From Chrysomallon squamiferum (lineage: Eukaryota; Animalia; Mollusca), in the NCBI GenBank assembly GCA_012295275.1, contig CM022670.1:23064001-23128000 (forward strand): 64,000 bases of DNA. The letters are read 5' to 3'. Made by a program: the position numbers and the translations under genes. The first letter of the stretch is position 1; every line of letters begins with the position of its first letter. The notes beneath the pieces were generated by a model. That model saw only the letters and a list, made by a program, of their open reading frames with translations. It was not told where the DNA came from and made no database searches. Below, piece after piece: positions 1 to 14,322 of the stretch.

Positions 1-929
1 CACACACACCCACAACACATACACACATACACCCACAGGTATTCAGGCATGCGTGCCCTCACCTACGCAAACACATACAATCCATAAAAGTACCAGTATT
101 TCGAGAAAATCATCATGGCTCCATTGGTTTGTTACAAATTCTATAATCCTACAAGTACGGTTGAGGATTTGCTATTCACATTTTTCAATGACGTTAATGA
201 GGATACGTATTTTATTTTGAGGCCACTCACAGTGAAAGCGATACAGGAAACGGGGCTGGAATTACTTTCACAATAACTTTTTATTAATATTCTCAGATAT
301 TTAATGTTTCCGGCGCAAATGCAATTAACTGAAATAATTTTTAAATAATCCTTTTCGTTATTAAATCTTTTTATTATAGAGACGTTTTGTTTCTTTCTGG
401 TTATTTAGACAAACGTTTCGGTAATCAGATTTTTTTTTAAAAATGAAAATAAAAAAATGGAAGGTGAGATGCAGCACATTCACAATATGAAAAATGACAA
501 AATAAAAAATTTAACTACAGTTGGAGTAAAAGTTTAAATATTTTGGCCTGACAAAATCAAAAATCGATGCACATCGTTATGTAATTTTCTCTATTAAGCT
601 GCCTGCAGCTATGACTGGTTTGATTTCAAATATTCTTTACTCGCAGTAAATTATTGCAAAATACTCGGCTCAAATTCCAGAGCAAAGTTCCCTTCTGCTT
701 GTCGACAAAATCATTCGTTCTTATTGATTTCGTTTTTTTTTTTTTTTTCATTTTCTTTTTTTCATTTTTACTTTTACGTTTTCTTTGGGTCACAATGACC
801 ACTGATTGGATTCACACTGGTGAACTTTAAAATAACAGACGGCTGGACTATCGTCTTTGATTAACGACATCAACGGCACCACGTGTCACAATCTTAACGA
901 ACTTCAGACGATAACTTAACAGCAGCATC

Positions 930-961
<32 letters not shown>

Positions 962-1356
962 TTACCACAGATTTAATTTAAATCGTGCGACAAATGAAAT
1001 ATCACTCACAAATGTAACTTTCTTACTTGTTGCACACAAGTGTGGTCTGCGTTTATAATTAACGTAAAAGTTTATTACGAGAAGATCGGTGGGATGGGTG
1101 TTTTTTTGTGTTTTTTTCCATTATGAATTAAATCATCGACGTGTTTTTAACCAAATCACCTGAAAGTTCAGCAAGTGACACGTTCGCATTTCTGGTTATG
1201 ACTGATAATGACTGACACGCTGGTGGACGAGTTGGTTATGGGTATAAAACGAAAGATATCATAAGATCGATGTTCACTGTTATGCATATCACTGGTCCGT
1301 CTAAAACGTTATAAATTAATTTTCCTCCACTGCTTATTGTTTAGTTTTCATAACAT

Positions 1357-1607
1357 CGCGGACACAAGTCGTAATGAATCGCGGACACAAGTCGTAATGA
1401 AACGCGGACACAAGTCGTAATGAATCGCGGACACAAGTCGTAATGAATCGCGGACACAAGTCGTAATGAAACGCGTCGTAATGAATCGCGGACACAAGTC
1501 GTAATGAAACGCGGACACAAGTCGTAATGAATCGCGGACACAAGTCGTAATGAATCGCGGACACAAGTCGTAATGAATCGCGGACACAAGTCGTAATGAA
1601 ACGCGGA
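1357..1607. repeat. 23-bp CpG-rich minisatellite (CGCGGACACAAGTCGTAATGAA[T/A]), 10 full units plus one 15-bp deleted unit
   Basis: Units start at 1357, 1380, 1403, 1426, 1449, 1472 (lacks GGACACAA), 1487, 1510, 1533, 1556 and 1579. There are no spacers. Confidence 0.97.
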
Positions 1608-1984
1608 TTTGTTCGGATGATGGTTTTCATCGCCCGAAGCCTTTTCTTCCAGACTTGACGTACAAATAATCGAAGTTTTGCGAGTTCTCTTAAGACTGAT
1701 GCATCATTAGAAATTTGTTGTCGTATTACTCGATGCTAATTTGCTCCAATACCTCATTTATCACACAAACAGCAAAAGACAATGATGAATCGCATTTTTC
1801 AGGAAATAAAGTAACCTGAATAAAATAATATATTATTTAATAATGATGACGATGAAGGTGATGATGATGATGACGACGATGATTATGATGATGATGATAA
1901 TAATAATAAGGAAAATAAAAGTATTAATGAAGTTTTCGTTTCGCTGTAATGCTATCAAATATAATTATTCTGTTTTAACACTTT

Positions 1985-2092
<108 letters not shown>

Positions 2093-3529
2093 AAACATAC
2101 TCATATAAAAAAAGAAGATATAGTGTTTAAATAAAACAGAAACCATTCTTTATTATTTTTGTTCTGTTTGATGTCAAAATTGTTTAATGTCATGGAACAG
2201 TCTCATCAGGACAGAACTAATTCCAAAGAGAAATATCGCAACGGTTGAAGTTCAGCCGATGTTTTCTGCCAACCAGTGTCAGTAGCAATCAATTGAACAA
2301 AATAAATTTACGACCGAAGAACCCCGAAAATAGATCACATATTACACGAAACACATAAAGATATCAAAGTTAGGTTATCGTTTGAGGACGGGTAAAAAGG
2401 TTTCAGACTCTGCCCAAGCCGCCGTGAAAAAAAATGCAAAAAGCATAGAAGTCAGCTTGTGTTATTTAGAACTGTTTGCTTTATTTGGACATTGTAGCAA
2501 GATTGAAAGATCTACGACTTTCACAAAATGCCAAGGACCATAACACCACATTTAACATTAACGAATAGTTTTTAACATGGTGGTGAAATAGCTATACTCT
2601 GACCAGGACTCAGTGAACGTCCTTGAAAAACGTAAACTCAGTAAATATCGTGGATAATTTTAAAAATCACTCACTCACTCACTTATTCACAAACTCTGAC
2701 CTAAGTCGTGAAGTGTCGTGAAGTGTCGTGAAGATTAACACTTCTCACTCACATGTCGCTGACAAGTCTCGAACGTATGTCACTCATTCGCCCCAACTCA
2801 GACAGCTCAGCCATCAAGACAAACCGTTCACAGGTCGCTCAATAACCGAGGGTAATCACGTAGCACGACGTTTTCTTTGGCTTTCAGATTTTTACATGCA
2901 TTTTATATTTGTTTTTTGGTGGGAAATCTAGCACTGGCTTGTATCTATTTTAGGATTTGAAAGTCTCTGTATGTGTGTGTATGTATGTATGTATATATGT
3001 ATTTGTTCTTGTTATTGTTGTTACTGTATACCTGTATACTACTTGTGGGAAACCTGTTATGTAGAAAATCTATATTTTAAATTCAGAAAAATAAAAAAAT
3101 AAAAATAAAGATAAAAAGCCCTGTTTTTATTAATGTGTTAAAAATGGCAGAAAGACGTGAAGGAAACAAGGATAGAGAAATGAAACAGAAGAGTTTTAGT
3201 AACTTAGCACTCATTTTGTGAAATGCGCGTTAACCAGACTCAGTACATTTTTCGTAACAAATACATTGTGAATTATAGCAAGCAGTGTACGAATACACGT
3301 TATACAATGTTATGTAAATCCAGTACATAAATCAGCTGAGATAGAATGTACGTAATGCTGATTTGATTACATGCATGTGTGTGTGTGGGTGTGTGTGTTA
3401 TAGAAAACAAAATTAACTACATTAATTCCAGGGACGATTCACTGATTAGCAAGAAGTGTTATGTTATAAACATCTTAAAATACCTAATATATATATATGT
3501 GTGTGTGTGTGTGTATGTGTGTGTGTGTG

Positions 3530-3573
<44 letters not shown>

Positions 3574-3579
3574 CAAAAG

Positions 3580-3690
3580 GCTGTGGTATACGTGTCACCA
3601 GCATGAACAGGAACTAGCTCAGTTAGTTCACTGAAGAGAGTTGATCCTGTGACACTTCACGACTCAGGTCAGAGTTCTGACCACTTTATA
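3580..3690 (-). mobile_element. tRNA-like SINE head fragment
   Basis: The minus strand reads AGTGGTCAGAACTCTGACCTGAG...CACAGGATCAACTC...CTGAGCTAGTTCCTGTTC, with A/B-box-like spacing similar to the head at 35600-35715. Confidence 0.4.
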
Positions 3691-4729
3691 ACCTCTCAGT
3701 TTTCTACACAGAGTGAGTGAGTGAGGTTTTGATTTCAGACATATAACTCAGTGATAACAAAAATAACAACAATAATAATAATAACAGTACACATTTCACG
3801 CGATAATTATTATTCACTTCTGCTAAGGCAACCTTGAAAAAAAAAAAAAAATGACAAAAAAAAAAAGAAAAAAAAAAAACCCCAGATAAATATGTGATAT
3901 TGGAAATAAATGAAGCCTGTTTGAAAAGATTGAAAAATTCTTCATGCATGTAAAATGAAACTAAATACATCACTAGCATAAGATTCCTAAAGCCAGTTTT
4001 CTAAAAGATCAAACGAAAGTTCTTAATACATACATCAAAACACGAAAACAGAGCTATCAAGAATCTTCCATCTTGAAAGGCTTATGTTTGGCATAATTTG
4101 GATACGGAAGAAGTACAGCTTTTGTCTGCCAAACGAAGCTTTATATATAACTTCAGAGAACAGAATCTACTTCTGATTAACACGTCAATTTTATTTTTGA
4201 AATGGATATATTGCACAAATTGCTTCGGGAATTAATTTAAAAGTCCAAAATCCAGATTCTTACGCTGATGGTTGTGAAGGACAGTTGAAGCAGAAATAGA
4301 AATGCCTCAAATAATCCGAAATGCATAAAGTGAAATGCAAGCTAATGCCTTTCAGTTGGGCATGTCATTTTTCTGATTAAGTACACTCAAAATTGCGTTC
4401 TGGAAATACCTTGCGGCAAGCAAATGCATGTCAGTGCATTTTAATGGACCGCCATGATGGATCGAATACAGGCTGATGAAAGAAGAGGATATAGGAACGC
4501 AGCACTCAGTTTGAAATTACTACTCTGTTGTTACTACTGTTTTAACAGCAACAGCTACTGCTATTACTATCACTGGAGATGGTATTTACTATTACTACGG
4601 ATGCTATTGCTATTGCTATTGCTACTCTGATACTTCAGGTACTGCTACCACTGATACTATTAGTAATACTACCGTTACTACAACAACTACTATCACTACT
4701 GTTATTAATAATTACACTACATATTTTAT

Positions 4730-4856
<127 letters not shown>

Positions 4857-4861
4857 AATGA

Positions 4862-5106
4862 TAGACAATGAGATAGTAGTAGTAGTAAAAACAGCAGCAG
4901 CTGCAGTAGTAGAAGAATATAAAACAATAATTAAAAAAAAATAATAAAAAGATTTCCAAAATTGCAATAAATCTTTTTATGAGGATTTTAAGAGCCTAAA
5001 GGATTGCTGTATTCTTGTGTTGATGATTTGTTTTTTTGTTTTTTTGTCCGGGGGGGGGGTGAAGCCATTTCGATTAAATGTAATGACCATCTTTATTCTG
5101 ACATCA
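4862..5106 (+). repeat. Diverged direct duplication, copy 1 (partner at 6190-6453)
   Basis: Shares AAACAATAATTAAAAAAAA, CTTTTTATGAG, GAGCCTAAAGG, TGTATTCTTGT, GAAGCCAT and CATCTTTATTCTGA with copy 2, in the same order. Confidence 0.9.
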
Positions 5107-5224
5107 GTATAACGCCATGTAAGGCATTAACATGTTGTTGTTAGCTATTACACAAAGTTTAATTATTGTCTGCTTTGTGAAATATCTAACAAACGATATT
5201 TTAATAGGTCATTACATTTATGCC

Positions 5225-5255
<31 letters not shown>

Positions 5256-5581
5256 GGTTTTATGAGTAACAACACAATTGTTTGAGATAAAACTGACATT
5301 TAGGCCGTTAAATTTTGTTCACAACGGAAATGCATCCGTATCGGAAACATTACTGAAGAGCCATTATAACTCGTCACGTGATGTCATCAATACACTGTGT
5401 TAAACTGCACGGTTACAAAAGACGTCTTGCGCTGAAATCATTGGGGAACTGGTTTTAATGTGTATCTGCGGTCTGCACTTTGCGGTAATAGTAGTAATTT
5501 TGGACCTGTAATAGCATACGTAGAAACCGATATTGTTGCAAGATAGTACCAAGAGACAGCATTAAACCACAATCTGACCAG

Positions 5582-5615
<34 letters not shown>

Positions 5616-5822
5616 AATAAATGAAAATAAATAATAAATAAATACCCCCCAAAAAATTTAGTACTCGAAGTTGTATATCATTATCAGTCAGTAGTTTTTG
5701 TAAAAACTCTTTTAGTGATTATTTAGCTAAATAAGCTTTTTTTTTAAAGCTTTTTTTTCAAGGTTGAAAATAAAAGGAATATACATGTGCATATAATTAT
5801 TATTCAGACAGTTATTTATTTA

Positions 5823-5895
<73 letters not shown>

Positions 5896-6189
5896 CTAAA
5901 CATTTCGTCCCCAGGCTTTGGATTGTTCGTCCACTCGATAATTTTTAATTATCATCGTTTTATGACATAACAGGTCGCTGTCAAGTGTTTATTTCTTATT
6001 CTGAGCTCACTATATTTCGTTCAACGTACTGTTCGTTTACTCAGTTCATTCAATGAAATAATCTATTAGGCCATCTGTGTGTTTGTATGTGTGTGTGTGT
6101 GTGTGTGTGTGGACGTGTATGTTTGTGTTTAATAAGTTCGTCAACAAGGTTTGTCCTAACATTAATTTATCTTACGAAAACAAATTAGA

Positions 6190-6453
6190 TAGATATTGGT
6201 AGTAGTAGTAGTGGTAGTAGTGGGAGCAGTAGCAGCAGCAGTAGTAGTAGTAGTAATAGTAGTAACAGTTGTGGCAGAAGTAGAAGAAGAAGAAGAAACA
6301 ATAATTAAAAAAAACAAACAAACAAACAAAAATTCCGATATCATAGTAATACTTTTTATGAGAATTCTGAGAGCCTAAAGGGTTGTTGTATTCTTGTTTC
6401 GTTCTTGTTAGGAAGCCATCTCGACTAAATCTGTGATCATCTTTATTCTGATA
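6190..6453 (+). repeat. Diverged direct duplication, copy 2
   Basis: Same ordered blocks as 4862-5106. Both copies follow a (TG)n tract and begin with GTA/GCA triplet repeats. Confidence 0.9.
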
Positions 6454-6479
6454 CACTTTTAGTTTTCATTGCTTTACTA

Positions 6480-6501
6480 AAATAACAGCAACGACATCAG
6501 C

Positions 6502-6557
<56 letters not shown>

Positions 6558-6670
6558 TAGCAATAGCAATAACAATAACACTAACAACAACAGCAACAAC
6601 AACAATAACAATAAAATAATAATAACAACAATAACAACAGCAACAACAACAACAACAACAATAAAATAAT
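6480..6670. repeat. (AAT)n/(AAC)n compound microsatellite
   Basis: Read directly from the sequence. Confidence 0.95.
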
Positions 6671-7289
6671 TTTAAAAAAATAGTAACAATAAATCATTAT
6701 TTCCGAAAGAATTAATAAAAAAAAAAAAATAGTTCATATTCCATATAATAAATACAAAAAAAAAAAAAAAAAAAAAATCTCTAATTGAGATTTTTCTACA
6801 ACAGATAAAACAGCCAGTTTACTGTGGACTGAACCATATGCTGAACGTACTCTGTCACTGGGGTTTCGTCTTTGTGCTATGGAATGCAGAGAATACTGCG
6901 AAGATATTCGCTGTTCGTGTTATTACCTAACGAGACATAAATTGATAAGCCAGCTGTGTCGATGGCTTAAACATAATATGTTGTCAAACAAACCTCCACT
7001 AACTTCGTTCTGCTGGGAGTCGAGAGAAAATTTCAATAACAGTGCAGAGAGCTTAAGAGTAATAAGAGTCTTGGTGATTAGGAAATAAAATGCAGGAATG
7101 TTGTGATTTTAGTTTTATTAACAAGGGAAAAAAAAAAAAAAAAGTGTGGGTACTACCATTATTCTCCATATAACTTCGGTTGTTAATAATGCTATGGTAA
7201 CTGGAACATTGGAAACTAATAAGTTCGAAATATTAAGTACAAAAAAAACCCCACAACGTAATAATATAAAAAAAATTAAAAAAATAAAA

Positions 7290-7294
7290 TAAAA

Positions 7295-7345
<51 letters not shown>

Positions 7346-7354
7346 AAAAAACAA

Positions 7355-7389
<35 letters not shown>

Positions 7390-7412
7390 AATAAATAAAT
7401 AAATAAATAAAA
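7290..7412. repeat. (AAAT)n microsatellite
   Basis: Read directly; similar tracts occur at about 8150-8325 and 40690-40950. Confidence 0.95.
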
Positions 7413-8265
7413 TTAAAAAAAAGAATTTTTATTATTTTTTTATTTATTAATTACAAACTTTCAGGATTACAAACAAGCATGTCGTTATCATCACCATCAT
7501 CACTCTTCTTCTTTTTCTTCTTCTTCTTCTTCTTCTTCTTCTTATTGTTATTGTTGTTGTTATTGTTGTTGGTGTTGGTAGTGGTATTGTTGTTGTCGTC
7601 ATTACATATATTTACGTATGTACTGTACGCATATGTACGCCAACGTATAATAATAATTATTATTAAGCTCACGTATTAGTTAGCTGACATTTTTTTAACA
7701 GTACATTTGAATAAAAATTGATTTTTCATTTTTGTTTTTTTTCTTAAAATTACTGTCGAAGAAAATCTGCTTCTAAATAACTGAAATATGGCATCTGTCA
7801 GTGCAGGATAATAAATCACACTGCTGAGATTTAAACCTGGTGAAGTATTTATACGGAGTCAATAAAAGAGATCGATCTTGGCCCGGTAAACATACATAGA
7901 TTTTCATTCATCACTTGACATATTCCGATTAATCAAAAGTGAGCCGCGTTATGAACAAACACGAAGAAAATGTCTCCGGTTCAGTAACCTACTAAAGTGA
8001 AATGAAATAGACGATAATGCAGTTTACATGTTTGCTTGTCCGTCATTTCTAGAAGTGTGAATATGCTCTCTTTGAACGACTGGGCTGAAAGTTCTAAAGC
8101 CTAACTTTTGTATGTAATTCAAATTAAATTAAAGTAAGCAAACAAACAAACAAACAGACAAACAAACAAACAAACACACAATTAAATAATAAATAAATAA
8201 ATAAACAAATACACAAACAGATAGATAGATAAATAAATAAGCAAATAAGCCAATAAACAAATACA

Positions 8266-8324
<59 letters not shown>

Positions 8325-10044
8325 ACATTAAACCAGAAAAGATAGAACACCAAAAAGCAACAGTTTAGACTGAAATTATGCAATTTCTTGTTTAATGTTT
8401 AGAGGTACACGCAGGACATATCATTGTCTGTTACAACTTTTAAGCACTTGTTACGGTCACATTTTACTACAGTACATTCATTCCAGTAGGCTACCACGTA
8501 ACCTGAAGCTGTTTATCTATTACGAAGATAATCACAGGAGAATTTCATTTTCGACTGAAAAACTCTGTAACTGGTAATTTGTCCTCGGTGTACTTTAGGA
8601 CGATGGGAGATGTTCTAATCAATGCATCATAGTAAAAGATAAGTTACTTATTGCTTCTGAGCGACGGAAATAGCAAAATTGTAACCCTGAGGAGTTTAGG
8701 AATATTTTTACCGTATGAACGAAGCACTCCAGTCGAAATGATCTTGAGGCTGTAATGCTTTCGATTTAAAAAAGTGTCTAAATGGAACTTCTTATATTAT
8801 ATGACGTGAGCAATACAGAAGTTTTTTTTTATATGTTTAAGTGTACGTATTTGTGTCACAACAGAATGTCTTATCATAATACTGTCATAGCGGACAAGAG
8901 TAGTGTCATGATGTTAGAACAGTGTCACAGGACAAGAATAATGTCAGAAATATAATTTTAGAACAATATCAGTGTCAAAAGAATATTCAGAAATGTAGTA
9001 ATAAAAGAATATCACGATGTCTGAATGATCTCATGATGCCAGAACATCTGTGTCAAAACAAAACAATATTATCGGAATACACAATAATGTCACAACAGTA
9101 TCATCGTGACAGAACAATATCATAATATCAGAAATAAACAATAATGATAGAACAGTTTCATAGTGTCAAAGCAACAGGCAAAACAAGAATAATTTCACAG
9201 ATCGTTCAGTTTTAACTGTGTTATCTACTAGTCATTTTTCCTGTCAGAACTGGAATAACTCACAAGTAAAACACGCGTCAACTCCAATCAAGGCTGATTC
9301 CGCACACAGAGACAATTTCGAGACACATTATTCACTTAAACTACAGTGTTAATTAACGTCATTGTCACTGCTGAACAGACTATGGCCACGACAACGTGGT
9401 TAGAAATCACCAAGGTCAGCTGTTATGTGAACTGTACTTCAACCCAAACAATGTAATTTTAAAAAGCTGAGCAGAAGCATGTTTTAGAGTATCGGAAGTT
9501 GGTAACTATGTGCTTTGGGATCATGTTTTAGAAATAACTTAAACGAAAGAAAAAAAGAAACATATGGACAGACAGACATACAGACAGACAGACAGACAGA
9601 CAGAGACGTGGGCAAAGAGACGTACGACTTCCTATATTTAATAAATATAAAATTATATGTTTATAATAAATGGAATAAAGTTTGTACCGGACCAAAATAC
9701 ATGAAACAAAAGTTAATATCCAACGGTTAAAAAAAAAAAAAAAAAAAAAAAATGTTCATCTTGTGGTCGGATATAACAGACTAGAATTTGCTGACTGAAT
9801 AATTACCAACAAATTTCAATATCTCCAGTGAATTGACAACAGAGGTGAAGAAGCTGTCAAACTGGAGAGTGTAGCATGGGGCTATTTACTGTTTAACCGT
9901 GCTGGAAATCCCTGTGGCGTTCTGTGCCATGTTAAATAAAATTACTGTAACCGTATCTACATTTGTGTACTTGAATGGAATGTATCACTAGATAATTTTT
10001 TGAACCATTAACTGAAAATAGCAATTGTCTGTGTTTTGTTATCT

Positions 10045-10075
<31 letters not shown>

Positions 10076-11129
10076 ACACATTCTTTATATATTTTTTCAA
10101 AAGATAAATTCAATTTAATTATTTTATTAATTTGTCTTTCAGGCGAGCTTCGGTTGCAACATCTGTTTTTATTGCTTCTCACGGGTATGTATGCTTTTCA
10201 GACATTTATGTATCATGACTGACTTGTTCTATCTGTCTGCACATGTACATATGGTTTGTGTGTGTGTGGGTGTGTGTGTGTGTGTCAGACAGAGTAATAA
10301 AGAAAGGGTTTCATTGCCGTAAACATACATATGCATCATCTTACTGACTGTACAAAAACATTTCATGTTAACTTTAAACATAAATCATGAACATATTAAA
10401 AAAAAAAAAAAAAAAAAAAATTCAGATAATTATTACCTATTTAATTTGTAAGATATTTAATTAGTTAGTTATTTATTTTAGTTAATTAATTAGTTAGTTA
10501 TATGTATTGCTTTAGCGTACAGTTATTAGTAAAAGCCTAGCGGTAGTTTAGCTACATCCGTTTCCTTGTTTGATGTGCAAAAAAGCTTCCATTAGAAAAA
10601 CGTATTTTGATCCCGTTCGTTTCATTTTCCAACAACAGGAAAATACCGCCTTTAATCCTGTTGCTTATCACAAAAGCAGTGTACATTACCGTGGCGCCAG
10701 ATAACAGTCTCTGTGTAATTTTACACCTCACCAGACAATGCTTAAACTTTTATTAGCAAGGTTCTGTAATATGAGAATCGATTGACTTGATAGTCGATAC
10801 AAATTAACGTCGTTCCAAAGGTAAATTTCAAATTGACTTTCTTTTAACCTTCTCTTCTCCGGAACAGCAAGTCATGAGACAGTTACAAGACAGATGACGT
10901 TATTGTGTGACATGCAGGTTCACAGGACATCTAAGTAATACGTGTGATAAGGTGACGAATAGATTCTCTGTGGTTTAGTAACAAGGATGAAAAGAGTTTG
11001 CATAATTTCAAGAATTAATAAGTTTGCAAGGCACTCGAACCAGAAAGTACAGATTCTGCACAGTACTGTAATGACAACAATGATTTTTTGCAAGGCATGG
11101 TAACATTAATGCAACGAAACTGAAAGTAG

Positions 11130-11430
11130 AATAGATTTTTGCAATGCTTAGTAATCTGGATTAATAGATTTTGCATATATCTAAAATCAGAATAGATTTT
11201 ACAATGCATGGAACTACGATTAATAGATTTTGCATATCTCTGAAACTAGAATAGATTTTACAAGAAATAGTAACATGATGAATATATTTTGAACAGATCT
11301 GAAACTGGAATATATTTAGCAAGAAATAGTAACATAATGAATATATTTTGCACAGATTTGAAAGTAAAATAGATAGCATGATTATAGATATGTATTTTAT
11401 GACATCTAATTAGAATAGATTTTGCAAGAC
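11130..11430. repeat. Degenerate ~59-bp dimeric tandem repeat (28+31 bp) anchored on AATAGATTTT/AATATATTTT
   Basis: The anchor occurs at about 11130, 11163, 11191, 11222, 11250, 11281, 11309 and 11340, with alternating 28/31-bp spacing from 11163 onward. Confidence 0.85.
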
Positions 11431-12811
11431 AGTTAATACAGTCTGCATATATATATATACCTATCTAATATGGAGTGCACATTTTGCACAACATAGTAAA
11501 AAATGCTTTATAGATATGCATGGCAAAGTAACAAACATAAAACATTCAACGAGAACGGCACAGTATCTAGGATGACATAATATTGAATAAAACGGTAAAT
11601 TTATATATCGATTTTGAATTCAGCCGTAACGAGGACTGTATTTGCAAAGTACACCAACAATACTGAATACTAAAAGGTGAATACATTTTGAATGATACAG
11701 TAACGATGAATATAAGACGAATGTTACAGGCAAAAAATGTTTTTACATACTTTTCAAATAAATTCGTATTGCTGCAGTTTGGAGTAATGGCTCTTCTGGA
11801 GGGTGAAACAGCCCCATTGTCTAGAAATACAATAAATCACTGTTAATGTACAGCTGGTGCGTGGTAATTTGTAACACACAATCACACACGTACAAAACAA
11901 ATAAACATACACGTAATCTAATTAACATTGCCTACGTTCTGCCTCAGCTGATTTATATACTGGATTTACGTAACATGTGTAACCGTATACTGTTTGTTAT
12001 AATTCAAAATCCATTTGCTATCATGCCTTTTTTTTTTTTTAGAAAATAATTTCATTTCACATAAATATATAAAAATATACAGATGTACCTACATAAAGAC
12101 AACTAAACAAAACGACTATAAACTAAATAAATAATAATTAAATTACGAAACAAACAAAATTATACCAGATTTAGAACATGAAACACACAAATCATGGTAG
12201 AACGATACATAAGTCACTTGAAATTTCACAAAGCATATTTACTTAATATATATTATATTATATTATTTATTTCTTTATGTCTTTTTGTATTTGTCATTAT
12301 TTCTTTTTCTTTCTTTATTTCTTTATTTTGTTATTTCCCTTGAAGTTTCTCTAAATTTACGAGTAGATTATAAACACAGTAATAAATATTTAAAATTACT
12401 TCCAGACTGATAGGTAATCATGCAAAATACATTAAACATCAGGAAAAGAAATCTCAAACTATTTTTATGGGAGTTTTTTTCTTTCACTGGCAATATTTAT
12501 TCTTGAATTACCATAAAAGCTATTTGAATGTAAAGTGGTATCAAGCTGGAAGTCGCAGCCGTCACTGAATGTTACATTCTGGTTCAACTAACACATTCAC
12601 AGATTGATTTTTGCAAACCGGAAGCGGGGAGTAATTTCGACTTTAGTCTTTACTGAATTACGTCCCTTCTTTAAGACCGCTACTTCCCATTCAAATTTGC
12701 AGGGATTTTGAAAACGATTGGGTTTCTTAATATCGAGATAGATAAACAAATAAATAAATAAATTAATTAATAAATAAATAAATTAATAAATAATATAATA
12801 TGATATAATCA

Positions 12812-12812
12812 T

Positions 12813-12883
<71 letters not shown>

Positions 12884-12887
12884 ATAC

Positions 12888-12933
<46 letters not shown>

Positions 12934-12935
12934 TT
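12812..12935. repeat. (ACT)n(ATT)n compound microsatellite
   Basis: Read directly from the sequence. Confidence 0.97.
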
Positions 12936-13882
12936 ATTTATTATTATTCATTAATTTTACGATCTTTTAAAATGAACTATCTCAGAAGGTATGATTAATA
13001 TTGTATAAAACATAAATATTGTGAAGTAAATATTCCACAACATACTCGAGTCAGGAAAAGAACAGATCACGGCCTTTTCTAAATAAATTTGATAGCGGAG
13101 GCTAATGATCTTAGCGAGTTGGTTGATCTAAAGATAGATGACGCAACAGGTCTGCTTTGCTCTACAGGTTACTCCGTACTGAAACGTTTAATTACATGTA
13201 TCCTGCAGTGGGTTTTTGTGATATCAGTTTTCGAAAGAAGATAATAAAAAATTCTCTAGAATATTTATTCTGTTAACATAAATCACCTTTCCCAAAAATC
13301 AAATCCAGCTAAATAAATAAATAAATCACAGAGAGGAATAAAATTTCCGGACTTTACCAATGCTAAAAATGCATATTTAAAATTATTTTTAAAAAAGTGA
13401 ATACACCTTTAAAGCAGTTTTTTTCTGAAAGCCATGAAAATGGTGAAAACTTATTACTACTACTAGTGCTATTACCACTATTACTCTACTACTACTACTA
13501 TTACCGATACTACGACTACGACTACGACTACTGTTACTACTACAACTACTACTACTATTGCTACTACTACTAATAATAATAACATTAAATTCTGTTTTCT
13601 TTGAAAATAATTCCCTTTATACATTGGTCAATTTGGAATCATCGGATTTTCTTGTATAAAGTCCATAAAACCAACTTCGACATGAATATAAATTAACTAA
13701 ACGGTTCTGTAGTAACAGGAACAGTTTCTGAATCATATTCTGAATACACAGAATTCGCTTGCAAAATTTAAAGGTTTATATCGTGTCTAACAGTAGCCTT
13801 AATTATATCAGTTTTTGCCAGCACGTTGAAAAATGTGAGATGTTTCAATGTTAAACTTTTTATTATTATTATTATTATTATT

Positions 13883-13927
<45 letters not shown>

Positions 13928-14322
13928 TATTATTATTATTTTAAAATGTCTACAAGTTATAAAATGAATCGTTTTCATGGATGCCTCATAAACCACTGTA
14001 GATGATTCAGAAATACAACTGACTTGAAGATGCTTTCATTTAAATGTCTGAAAACCTCTGGAGGTATTATAAAGAAACCAAATCGAGAAATACCGCTTTT
14101 TTTCAGACACTTTTCTTGATTATCAGTTATAAGATAAATATCGGTAAGTATACATCGGCATGTCCAGAATTTTAAACAACACAGTCTGAAATGTGCATCA
14201 TATAATGATTTCAGACTCTCCAGAGATCGGTCTAACTAAAAACTCAGATTGGACCTTTTCACCAATTTGGTACCTAATTCGACCTGGCGCAAAGACAAAG
14301 CAATGATGTGAATAAAATAAAC

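Noticed and set aside
1357-1607. CRISPR array, or repeat-protein ORFs (1334-1630 minus strand and overlapping)
   Set aside because: The units are head-to-tail with no spacers, there are no cas genes, and the context is eukaryotic. The ORFs arise only because the 23-bp unit lacks minus-strand stops.
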